DNA from: an uncultured Eubacteriales bacterium
Lineage (GTDB): Bacteria > Bacillota > Clostridia > Oscillospirales > Acutalibacteraceae
Assembly (NCBI GenBank): GCA_964398395.1
Contig: CAYNMU010000001.1
Span: forward strand, 4,233 to 68,232
Length of the DNA: 64,000 nucleotides
Direction of reading: 5' to 3'
Shown: positions 18,211 to 26,665 of the stretch, piece after piece
Numbering within the stretch: the stretch's first letter is position 1
Layout of the letters: every line of letters begins with the position of its first letter
Notes under the pieces: model-generated
What the model saw: the letters and a program-made list of their open reading frames with translations, nothing else
What the model was told of the DNA's origin: nothing
The model's database searches: none
Position numbers and translations under genes: made by a program

Positions 18211-19710
18211 ATGATGATGAAAAGATTGGTATCCGTTCTAATGGTAATGGCAATGGTTTTCACTTTACTGCCAATAGGAGTTTTCGCGGCCACCGATGTA
18301 ACCAATGAGGTAATAAACGGGAATTATACCTATATCGTTGTTGATTCAAAAGCTACTATTACAAAATATGCGGGCTCTGAGACCGCAGTAATCATCCCTG
18401 AAAAATTTGAAACATATCCTGTTACCATAATCGGCGATTCCGCTTTCGCTCTGTGTACCCAAATGACCTCGGTTGTTATCCCTGCCGGTGTAATTTCAAT
18501 TGGGAAGTCTGCATTCAGTGATTGCACCGGGCTGGAATCCGTTGCGTTTGGAAGCGGATTAATTACAATTGGGGAATCAGCTTTTTTTGGATGCATAAAA
18601 CTTTCAACGCTGTTAATTCCAAATAGTGTAACCACAATAGCAAGTACTGCGTTTAGAGGATGCACCGGATTAACCTCGATTCACATTGGCAGCGGTGTGA
18701 CTGCACTCGGGGACAATGTATTTTCTGCGGACAGCAAGCTTACCGAAGTTTATTTTTGGGGAAACGCTCCGACAATGGGGACTGATTCATTAATAGGCAG
18801 CACTCCAAATTATAAGGTTTTTTATTTTGTCGGCAAAACCGGATTCGCAAACCCATGGTTTGGGCATGCAACGGCAGCATTTCCGATAACCCCTGTTTCA
18901 CCAACAGCTGCTCCCACATCTAACAACAGCATTTTGATATCGTGGACAGCATCTCCGGGCCCGATAACAGGATATATGGTTTATCGCTTAAATCCGGTCA
19001 CATCAGCATACAGCAGAATTGCAGTTACAGGTTCGACAAGTTTCACGGATACGGGTCGCACATTCGGCGAGACAAACTATTACAAAATTAAGTCATATTT
19101 AAAAATCGATACGGTAATTTATTATAGTGTTTCAACTGCGCCTATAAGCGCAAAGACTGTTTTAGCAACCCCTGCATCACCAACTGCTGTTTCTGCTTCA
19201 TTCGACAGCATAAGAATCAGCTGGGGCGCAGTCAGCAATGCAAAGGGATACATGGTTTACCGCTATAATCCGGCAACAGCGGCTTTCAACAGAGTTGCAG
19301 TTACAACTTCCACTATCTTTACGGATACCGGTCTAATCGCAGGTAAAGCCTATTACTATAAAATAAAAGCATATACGAAAGTCGCCGAAACAATTAACTA
19401 CAGTGCCTCTACCGCCGGAGTAACCGCAACACCAATACTTTCGGCGCCGAATTTGTTTGTAGCGCTCAAAACGACTCCCACAAGTGCCAGAATAGTCTGG
19501 AGTGAGGTCAGCGGCGCAACTGGATATGTGCTTTATCGCTTAAATCCGACAACAAAGCTGTATGAACGTTTAAAGGTGACAAAAGCAAAAGAATTCACAA
19601 ATGTCGGCCTCTCAAAAGGCATTGTTAGCTACAAAGTCAGAGCATATAAGGCTGTAAACGGCGCAAATGTCTATGGCAATCTGACTGTTGCCTTTACTGT
19701 GACAATTTAG
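18211..19710 (+). CDS. Secreted BspA-type leucine-rich-repeat protein with three fibronectin type III domains
   Basis: Signal peptide (LPIGVFA/ATD). LRR_5-like repeats (IGDSAFALCTQMTSVVIP, IGKSAFSDCTGLESV, and others). Three ~95-aa FN3-like repeats (ISWxxxxxxxGYMVYRxNP...YYYKIKAY). Three consecutive ATGs at 18211-18219, so the exact start is uncertain. Confidence 0.85.
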   Translation: MMMKRLVSVLMVMAMVFTLLPIGVFAATDVTNEVINGNYTYIVVDSKATITKYAGSETAVIIPEKFETYPVTIIGDSAFALCTQMTSVVIPAGVISIGKSAFSDCTGLESVAFGSGLITIGESAFFGCIKLSTLLIPNSVTTIASTAFRGCTGLTSIHIGSGVTALGDNVFSADSKLTEVYFWGNAPTMGTDSLIGSTPNYKVFYFVGKTGFANPWFGHATAAFPITPVSPTAAPTSNNSILISWTASPGPITGYMVYRLNPVTSAYSRIAVTGSTSFTDTGRTFGETNYYKIKSYLKIDTVIYYSVSTAPISAKTVLATPASPTAVSASFDSIRISWGAVSNAKGYMVYRYNPATAAFNRVAVTTSTIFTDTGLIAGKAYYYKIKAYTKVAETINYSASTAGVTATPILSAPNLFVALKTTPTSARIVWSEVSGATGYVLYRLNPTTKLYERLKVTKAKEFTNVGLSKGIVSYKVRAYKAVNGANVYGNLTVAFTVTI

Positions 19711-19784
19711 CAATCAGCAAATTTTAAAGACTTGAAAATGATATCGGTTCAGTGGGTTTTCTAACAAAAGATCAAAAAATCATA

Positions 19785-19824
19785 AGCGACAGTTACATTG
19801 TGTAACTGTCGCTCCATTTTTTTT
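19785..19824 (+). terminator. Intrinsic terminator
   Basis: 13-bp perfect stem AGCGACAGTTACA/TGTAACTGTCGCT followed by a T8 run. Confidence 0.85.
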
Positions 19825-19856
19825 AGTGTTTTGCCGGCTTGGCTTAACAATAAATA

Positions 19857-21272
19857 TTAAAATGAACGATGCGCTTTTAGCACCTTTCTCAGCACCGCAT
19901 ACCCGGTGATAACCATCACAAGCGAAAGCCCAACCAGAAAGTTAATCCCGAATCGAGATAGCTCATCCCAGCATGTGAAAGCTACACAAAGGTCGATGAA
20001 AGTAAATATCGAAAAAACTATCGGTGTGGCCGTTAGCGCGAAAGATTTAAAATCCGCGTTAAACGGCTGCCCAAAGTTTTTCTTTATGATGTTGCGGTAA
20101 AGCACAGCGGCAAAAATGATAAATGCGGGGACAGCAAGCACGGGAATCGTTATCGCAAACGAAATATCTGTTTCCTTAAAAATACCGTGCTGAGCAAGAC
20201 GGCTCGCAATGGCTCTGACAATGCCCGCGCTAAGGGCTCCCGCACAGAGAACAATCAGGTAATAGATGTAGCAGACCCACTTGTTCTTACTGATATCTGG
20301 CAGCTTTTCGCTGATATCCGCATAATTACCCCCGCTTTTTTTATCCTGCAAAACAAGGATAGCGGTGATTGATAACCCTGCGAAGAAACCTGTGAAGTAT
20401 TCCCAGTATCCCCATGAGTTGTTTTTAAGCCATAGGGGCGGCATAAAGGAGTTTAGGTGATATCCGCCGCTTCCGAGGATATGGAATGTGTCGGCGGCGA
20501 GGATGGATATGGCAAGCACCGAACAAATAAGGAGCATCAGTTTAGCCGTCAATTTATCTTTCAAAATAAGCAAAACCGCGCCCATTACGGCGAGTGTGCC
20601 CGCGACGCTTGAAATAATGTTGACCGTGGTGAAATAGTTGCGCCCACCGATAATGACTTCCGCCCATTTAACTTTGTTGAAATGCTGCATATATATTTTA
20701 CATGGGCTGTCCGTTACACCAATATCCGAAAGCCCCTTTACAAAGAGCCGGTAAGCATCGCCGCAGGTCAGCTGCAAAAGAGGGTGTGCGAGTGTCGCCA
20801 AAAAGAGATATTTCACGGCATAAAAAGCCAGAATAACAAGCAAAAAATCCCGCGTACGGTATTGTTTTTCGCTGAAATATCTGCCCATCAGAAAAGCGAA
20901 AAACGGAATCCAGCAAAAGCCAAGGCACAGCATGATGAATACACCTGAAAAGGGATTATAATGGATATAATTCATCGCGCCTTCCGCCGCACCGTTGATA
21001 ATACCCGCGGGCTGCAGATTCAGGGTGCCCCAGCCGTTGACAGTCAGCGGCATGGAAACTACAAGGAAGGGGAAGAGAAAGTATGACATTTTCTTCCGGG
21101 AGCTGAGTACCGAGTTAATAAACAGGCAGTAGGCCAACGAAACGCAGAGCATGCCCCAAAAAGAACCAAAGCCGGCATCACCGCGCATTCGCCACATTCC
21201 GCCCAAAAGAAACCCGCCCATGATTATAATAACTGCTCTTTGCCAATTTTTAAGTGCAAGAGTGGTTTCCAT
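19857..21272 (-). CDS. Polytopic membrane protein (about 12+ TM), function unknown
   Basis: Highly hydrophobic ORF. ATG 21272 (METTLALKNW) has GGAGGA 4 nt upstream; the track start is TTG 21284. Its start codon lies 31 nt downstream of the DUF4838 gene stop, so likely the same operon. Confidence 0.75.
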   Translation of the reverse strand: METTLALKNWQRAVIIIMGGFLLGGMWRMRGDAGFGSFWGMLCVSLAYCLFINSVLSSRKKMSYFLFPFLVVSMPLTVNGWGTLNLQPAGIINGAAEGAMNYIHYNPFSGVFIMLCLGFCWIPFFAFLMGRYFSEKQYRTRDFLLVILAFYAVKYLFLATLAHPLLQLTCGDAYRLFVKGLSDIGVTDSPCKIYMQHFNKVKWAEVIIGGRNYFTTVNIISSVAGTLAVMGAVLLILKDKLTAKLMLLICSVLAISILAADTFHILGSGGYHLNSFMPPLWLKNNSWGYWEYFTGFFAGLSITAILVLQDKKSGGNYADISEKLPDISKNKWVCYIYYLIVLCAGALSAGIVRAIASRLAQHGIFKETDISFAITIPVLAVPAFIIFAAVLYRNIIKKNFGQPFNADFKSFALTATPIVFSIFTFIDLCVAFTCWDELSRFGINFLVGLSLVMVITGYAVLRKVLKAHRSF

Positions 21273-21303
21273 CTTATCCTCCAAAATATATTAGTATCTG
21301 GTT

Positions 21304-23226
21304 TTACGAAAATACAGAAGCTCCCGCCCATTCTGCGGGTGTTTTGCTGAAGTCGGGGCTTTCGGTCAAATTGAAGTTAACATTGAAGCCTTTTACACCG
21401 AAAGATTTCAAGTCATTGTAGAACTTTTTGTTTTCACTCTTCCAAACACTAGGCAGTTGGAGTCTTGAAAATTCCGAGACACTGTTGCAGGCTTTCCAAT
21501 ATCTCCATGAAAGCTCCGAACGTGCTATATTGGCTTTCTGCCAATCGGTGTCTGCCAGTACATTAGCCTTTTTCCATAACTCATTACAATATTTCACCTC
21601 GTATGTTGAAAACGCAAGCACCGCGCGGTAACTCATATCAGACCAAATGCTCATATGTCGGTTGAGTGTACCAGTATTTTTGGTCATCCTGTCAATAAAT
21701 TCACGGATATACTGCCAACCTTTGCCGTAGTAAGCTTTTAGAAAACCGTTCATTTCCGCATTAAAGTCAAGATACGGGTCCCACATAAGCTTAGAGAGCA
21801 AGTAGGCGCGAAGCTCGGCAAATTCCGTGTTTGCATCCGCAGCAAAAGGGTTTCCCTGCTCATATACACCCTTGACGCTGTTCTCCGCAAAAACCTGAAG
21901 ATTACGCTGTATGACGCCAAAATCCGGGAAAAGCCCGAGCAGGTGTGAACAGTTGACAGTATAGTCCCAAATATAAAGCCTATCACTCAAGCTGCTCCAA
22001 ACCCGCATGTCTTTCATAAAAGTACTGTTTCTGTTGCAAAATATATGGGTATCCATGGGGTGTGAATAACAGCAGTCAATTGAACAGAGGCGTACAATAA
22101 CATTGTCTCTTGGCACGGCGTATTTCGGTGGTGTCTGTGTGTATTGATAAGCGAAGGTTTCAATTGCAACCTTATCATACCCCGCGGCTTTGACCGCATC
22201 TGCAACAGCATTTACAAACCTTATCATCGCGCCGGAAGGCGAACCCTCATTGAGATCAATTGCCTTGCAAACAGGGCATTGGCAGTAATTTTGGTTATCT
22301 GCTTGGGTGATGGAAACAAGCTGAATGTCACTTGAGGCGGCATTATATTTTTGACTGAGAAGCTCCAGCACCTCACCGGTTAACGCCTTGAGCAAATTGG
22401 GGTTTGACAGGCATAATTGGGTGGGTACCCTCGCATTTTGATCTTTTCTGTAAGCGTAATACTCAGGGTGCGTGGCAAAATATTTTGACGGTGCGGCAAA
22501 CTGCATGGTCAGTGTGTGAGCGAAGCTGCTGAGGTATTTGACATTTCCGCCTTGGGCTACATCAAACTGACGGTAAATATCGCCGTTTATGTTATTGGCA
22601 AGCGAATATATTTTATCGTGCGGGCTTATCCAATCGGTTTCTCTCAGTTCAAAATACGGATTTTTTTTAATATCCATTTCGGCGGGGATTTTAACAACAT
22701 CCCTTTTTGGGGTAACAATTAAATCCTTTGTGTACCAACGGCATCCGAGAACGTCTTCAAGAAATCCGTAAACGCCGTAAATTGTGCCGCGGTTTCCCAA
22801 ACCCGTAATGACAAGTTTTTTATCATATGTTTTTATAATATAACCTTCATTTTGAATTCCGGAGCAGTCAACGGTTATGGCACTGCTCTCGCGATTTGTC
22901 GTGCCTATCAGAATTTCCGTTGCCTGTTCCGGCGCATTGTCTTTGACAATTTCAAGCGTCTGTCCGCATATTTTAAAAAGATATTCTTGCAAAGTTTTTG
23001 CGGCAGTATTGACTGTTTCCGGGCAACCGGCGGCTGTAACAATTAAGTATTTGTCAGGGCTGTTTCCGGTAAGGCTCAGTGTTTCGCCTGTGTAAGCAAC
23101 CGGGTCTGCTTCGAGTGCCGGAACGAACGGTTTAATCATTGGACTAATAAAACCTGCAACGGCGGTAACAATCGATAAAAACAGAGCTGTAAACTTGATA
23201 TAGTACTCCTTAAAAATGCTTGACAT
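21304..23226 (-). CDS. DUF4838-type putative glycoside hydrolase with N-terminal signal anchor
   Basis: Start at ATG 23226 (MSSIFKEYY) with GGAGGG 5 nt upstream. N-terminal TM anchor. GYIIKTYDKKLVITGLGNRGTIYGVYGFLEDVLGCRWYT is the typical DUF4838 N-terminal (GH20b/GH67N-like) signature, recalled from memory and not searched. Confidence 0.7.
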   Translation of the reverse strand: MSSIFKEYYIKFTALFLSIVTAVAGFISPMIKPFVPALEADPVAYTGETLSLTGNSPDKYLIVTAAGCPETVNTAAKTLQEYLFKICGQTLEIVKDNAPEQATEILIGTTNRESSAITVDCSGIQNEGYIIKTYDKKLVITGLGNRGTIYGVYGFLEDVLGCRWYTKDLIVTPKRDVVKIPAEMDIKKNPYFELRETDWISPHDKIYSLANNINGDIYRQFDVAQGGNVKYLSSFAHTLTMQFAAPSKYFATHPEYYAYRKDQNARVPTQLCLSNPNLLKALTGEVLELLSQKYNAASSDIQLVSITQADNQNYCQCPVCKAIDLNEGSPSGAMIRFVNAVADAVKAAGYDKVAIETFAYQYTQTPPKYAVPRDNVIVRLCSIDCCYSHPMDTHIFCNRNSTFMKDMRVWSSLSDRLYIWDYTVNCSHLLGLFPDFGVIQRNLQVFAENSVKGVYEQGNPFAADANTEFAELRAYLLSKLMWDPYLDFNAEMNGFLKAYYGKGWQYIREFIDRMTKNTGTLNRHMSIWSDMSYRAVLAFSTYEVKYCNELWKKANVLADTDWQKANIARSELSWRYWKACNSVSEFSRLQLPSVWKSENKKFYNDLKSFGVKGFNVNFNLTESPDFSKTPAEWAGASVFS

Positions 23227-23383
23227 ATTTTCCCTCCGCTTCAAAATCATTGTGATAAAGTCTTATGTTCAATGCTGTTAGGGTAACATATAAAGATTAA
23301 GCGGTCAATACACAATTGACAAAAATTAAATGTGTGGTATAAATAAATTAGTAGATTGCTTTTTTGAAAGGAAGATGACGATT

Positions 23384-24589
23384 ATGTCAGTCAAAGATGT
23401 TCTTCAAAATAAGTTTGACTCTATGAGAATTATCTCAACCCACAGTCACCATATGCAGAGTGAAAAATTTTCGGGAAGCTTTTGTCTTGCCGATATTCTG
23501 CAAAACAGTTACGCCGGATGGGTAAACACAGGGCAGGGGAGCGAGCGCTTTTCAAACGACATCGGCGAGTTTATAGAAAAAATTAAGCATAACACCTATT
23601 TTATTTGGCTTGAACGCGCTTTAAGCGAAATATATAGCCTGCCTCTTTTGCGCGAATGTGAGAATATGGCAGTATATGACGAAGCAATCAAAAACGCTTA
23701 TCATAATCCGGATTTTCACATTCATCTTTTAAAAGATATTTGCAGGTATGACAAAATAATATTGGATACTTATTGGAACCCCGGTGACAACAACGGCTAC
23801 CCGGAGCTTTTCACGCCCACTTATCGAATCAATATGTTTCCGCTCAGTTACATTGCGGAGGTCCGCGACCATAACAGCAACAACTGTTATGCTCTTTACG
23901 GTGACGCACAAGCAACAAGTATTGACGGGCATATTGAATATATGAACGCCTGCATTGAAAAAGCGATGACGGAAAATGGCTGTGTCGCCCTTAAGCTTGC
24001 CTCGGCATACGAAAGAGGGCTTGACTATGTCGATGCAACAAGAAAAGAGGCGTCCGTTGTATTCGAAAAAGCAAATCCGACTGAAAATGATATAAATGCC
24101 TTCCAAAGCTATGTTGTTAACGAAGCCTGCAAAACGGCGGCACACTTAGATATTCCCTTGCAAATTCACACAGGGCTTGGCAGGCTGATAAAATCCAACG
24201 CAATCAATCTACGAGAATTAATTGTGCAAAACCCTCAAACAAAATTTGTGCTTTTCCATATCGGATACCCGTGGATGGATGATATATGCGGCATGACGCA
24301 CTCAATGCAAAATGTCTACCCCGACCTTTGCTGGCTTCCGCTGATTTCAACGCATGCCGCGGCAAGGGTAATAAATGAGCTGCTTGATGTCGGTTGTGCG
24401 GACAAACTGTTTTGGGGCTGCGACACATGGACATCGGAGGAGAGTTATGGCGCGCTGCTTGCAATGCGCCATGCTTTGATTACTGCGCTCGACTTGCGGA
24501 TTAATGAGGGCGTGTGTACGGTTAAAGAAGCGTTGGAACTTATTGAAAACATTATGTATCGCAACGCAAAGATGCTTTACCGCATATAG
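23384..24589 (+). CDS. Amidohydrolase-family (amidohydrolase_2 / TIM-barrel metal hydrolase) protein
   Basis: N-terminal metal-binding STHSHH, then later IHTG and HIGYPW motifs. ATG 23384 with AAAGGAAG 9 nt upstream is preferred; the track ORF starts at 23330. Confidence 0.7.
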   Translation: MSVKDVLQNKFDSMRIISTHSHHMQSEKFSGSFCLADILQNSYAGWVNTGQGSERFSNDIGEFIEKIKHNTYFIWLERALSEIYSLPLLRECENMAVYDEAIKNAYHNPDFHIHLLKDICRYDKIILDTYWNPGDNNGYPELFTPTYRINMFPLSYIAEVRDHNSNNCYALYGDAQATSIDGHIEYMNACIEKAMTENGCVALKLASAYERGLDYVDATRKEASVVFEKANPTENDINAFQSYVVNEACKTAAHLDIPLQIHTGLGRLIKSNAINLRELIVQNPQTKFVLFHIGYPWMDDICGMTHSMQNVYPDLCWLPLISTHAAARVINELLDVGCADKLFWGCDTWTSEESYGALLAMRHALITALDLRINEGVCTVKEALELIENIMYRNAKMLYRI

Positions 24590-24625
24590 ATTTCGCTTGA
24601 TTTATGGTGGCGAACTAATAGCAAA

Positions 24626-24660
24626 AACCGCACATCCTAAATTTTTTAGGATGTGCGGTT
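24626..24660. terminator. Intrinsic terminator hairpin (best suited to the minus-strand small ORF)
   Basis: AACCGCACATCCTAAA/TTTAGGATGTGCGGTT stem. In minus sense it is followed by TTTTTGC. Confidence 0.75.
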
Positions 24661-24677
24661 AAAATGTCTATCGGCCG

Positions 24678-24842
24678 CTATCTTTCAATATCAGCCAGCC
24701 ATCTTACAGCTGTCTCACCGACAACATCGACTTTTTGTTTAAAAACCGGCTTATTTTTACACACATAATAAAACACCGCAGCGCCGGAGGCGATTGCCGC
24801 AAAACCAAACCCTATAATTGCTGCCGTTTTACCGGTTTTCAT
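24678..24842 (-). CDS. Unannotated 54-aa single-TM small protein
   Basis: Below the ORF-track size cut-off. Hand translation gives MKTGKTAAIIGFGFAAIASGAAVFYYVCKNKPVFKQKVDVVGETAVRWLADIER. GAGG SD 7 nt upstream, and the terminator lies 17 nt after the stop. Confidence 0.55.
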   Translation of the reverse strand: MKTGKTAAIIGFGFAAIASGAAVFYYVCKNKPVFKQKVDVVGETAVRWLADIER

Positions 24843-24964
24843 ATTTAACCTCAATTCATGCTTTCCCGGATAAATCCCTACAGTTCATAATAACAACCTT
24901 TTGGTTAAAAATCAATATAAAAGATTAAGCCTGCAAAATATAAGATATTCAACATAAAAACTAT

Positions 24965-24993
24965 TTGCATTTTTGAACTATTTGATATACAAT
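24965..24993 (+). promoter_or_regulatory. Sigma-70-type promoter for lipoprotein copy 2
   Basis: TTGCAT (24965-24970), a 17-nt spacer, then TACAAT (24988-24993), 28 nt upstream of the ATG. Confidence 0.55.
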
Positions 24994-25021
24994 AAAAATA
25001 AAATTGCAGGAGGAATTGCAG

Positions 25022-25708
25022 ATGAAAATAATTAGAAGCGTCACAGCCATGTTATTTGCAACAATAATCTTAGCTTTAGTATTCACAGGGTGCGCCAAGA
25101 AAGTAGAAAAAAAAGAAACTAAGGTTGGGGACACAATTGTTTACGGCAGCTACGAGCAGGACAATAATACAGCAAACGGAAAAGAACAAATTTCTTGGGA
25201 AATTCTTGCGTTGGAAAACGGCAAAGCATTGCTTATTTCTGAAAAGATATTGGACACCAAGCCATACAATGAAGAAAATGTAAATATTACTTGGGAGCTT
25301 TGCACATTGCGCACATGGCTGAACAAGGACTTTTTTAACAATTCCTTTTCAGCAACCGAACAAACAGCGATTGTTGCAACAACAGTAATAAATAAAGAAA
25401 TTAATCAGAATAAAATATCGGGCGGGAAAGATACAAATGACAAGGTTTTCCTCTTAAGCAAGAAAGAATCTGAAAAGTATTTTGCAAGCAACAAAGCTCG
25501 CGTTGCTCAAGGTACAGACTTTGCAAAGAGTAACGGGCTTTATTTAACTGCAAATAGTGACAAGGTGGAAAGCGGTCTTTGGTGGCTGCGGTCCCCCGGA
25601 CATGTTAAGAGCTCTGTCGGCATCGTTGATAATGCCGGGACCGTCGGCGATTGGGATGCCTACTATACAAGCATTGGTGTTCGGCCCGCTATCTGGATAA
25701 CCCTATAA
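25022..25708 (+). CDS. Lipoprotein, DUF6273-type (lectin-like), copy 2
   Basis: AGGAGG SD then ATG 25022. Signal peptide with VFTGC. Same conserved blocks as copy 1 (YGSYEQDN, ISWEIL, GKALLISEK, RTWLN, NDKVFLLS, LWWLRSPG, GVRPAIWITL). Confidence 0.8.
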   Translation: MKIIRSVTAMLFATIILALVFTGCAKKVEKKETKVGDTIVYGSYEQDNNTANGKEQISWEILALENGKALLISEKILDTKPYNEENVNITWELCTLRTWLNKDFFNNSFSATEQTAIVATTVINKEINQNKISGGKDTNDKVFLLSKKESEKYFASNKARVAQGTDFAKSNGLYLTANSDKVESGLWWLRSPGHVKSSVGIVDNAGTVGDWDAYYTSIGVRPAIWITL

Positions 25709-25773
25709 TCCATCATCTTCTCAACTCTGTTCCGCCGCAGCGCGCAATAAAAAAGTATAGTTAACTAAAAAAG

Positions 25774-25816
25774 GCTGTAGCCAGCGATTATCAAAATCGT
25801 TTTGCTACAGCTTTTT
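25774..25816. terminator. Shared terminator of the convergent lipoprotein-2 and MORN-2 genes
   Basis: GCTGTAGC...GCTACAGC hairpin with an A-run before and TTTTT after. Confidence 0.65.
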
Positions 25817-25849
25817 GTATATATATTCAGCTAATTTTATGTTGATTTA

Positions 25850-26419
25850 TTATTCAACGAAACTATCATCTTTAAACATGCCGGTAAATATTTCGCCGTT
25901 TGTGTCGGTTGCAGTCCCTTGCCCGTTGCGCATATTATTGCGCCATTCACCCTCATATTTTTCTCCGGTTTTAAAAATCGCTTTCCCGTAACCGTGAAGG
26001 TTGTCATCTTTCCATTCACCATTATATGAATCGCCATTGGCATATGTGAAAGTGCCATGTCCGTCACGAATTCCGTATTTGAAGTCACCGTCATAAATAT
26101 CACCATTGGCATAAAAAAACTTGCCTAGTCCGGTGCGTATACCATTTAAGTGTTCACCGATATATTTATTGCCGTTTGCAAAAGTGTATGTGCCCTGGCC
26201 GTTATACATATCGTTTTTCCATTCACCGGTATATTCGGCACCGTCATTGTAGGTATGCGTACCTTGGCCTTCACGCTCGCCGTCAATCAACTCGCCTACA
26301 TATTTTTCTCCATTTGTATAGGCGATTTCTCCTTGTTCTTTGCGCGCAACATTTTTTGTCCTGCGAAAATAGGAGTTGCTGTTCGGCACGCCTTCATCAT
26401 TTAAACTCTTCTTGAGCAT
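25850..26419 (-). CDS. Soluble MORN-repeat protein (paralog of the N-terminal block of 16402-17907)
   Basis: ATG 26419 (MLKKSLNDEG) has GGAGG 7 nt upstream. About 7 MORN repeats, with long runs shared with the larger paralog (NGEKYxGELIxGxREGQGTHTY, RDGHGxFxYANGDSY). No TM segment. Confidence 0.85.
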   Translation of the reverse strand: MLKKSLNDEGVPNSNSYFRRTKNVARKEQGEIAYTNGEKYVGELIDGEREGQGTHTYNDGAEYTGEWKNDMYNGQGTYTFANGNKYIGEHLNGIRTGLGKFFYANGDIYDGDFKYGIRDGHGTFTYANGDSYNGEWKDDNLHGYGKAIFKTGEKYEGEWRNNMRNGQGTATDTNGEIFTGMFKDDSFVE

Positions 26420-26599
26420 TTGATTTCCTCCGTTAAATATCTGCATTACTTTAATTATAACTCACATCATATCAATAATTACTGTAAAAATCAACTAAAA
26501 GTATTCATATCAATTATTTGAACGAGTATTTCGGAAAGGTGATGAAACATTCGCGTTTTGTTAAAGATGCAAAACCCGACGACGAAGAAATTAAAAAAA

Positions 26600-26623
26600 C
26601 GGCTCAAGTTTTCACTTGAGCCG
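26600..26623 (-). terminator. Intrinsic terminator of htpG
   Basis: CGGCTCAAGT/ACTTGAGCCG stem. In minus sense it is followed by T7. Confidence 0.8.
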
Positions 26624-26665
26624 CAAAAACGCTATTGAGAGTGTTCATTAATATTACAAATATAA

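Noticed and set aside
26540-26620. 25-codon ORF (MKHSRFVKDAKPDDEEIKKTAQVFT) between the MORN-2 gene and htpG.
   Set aside because: The SD-like AAAGGTG abuts the ATG with no spacer. The ORF runs into the htpG terminator hairpin on the opposite strand, and there is no other support.
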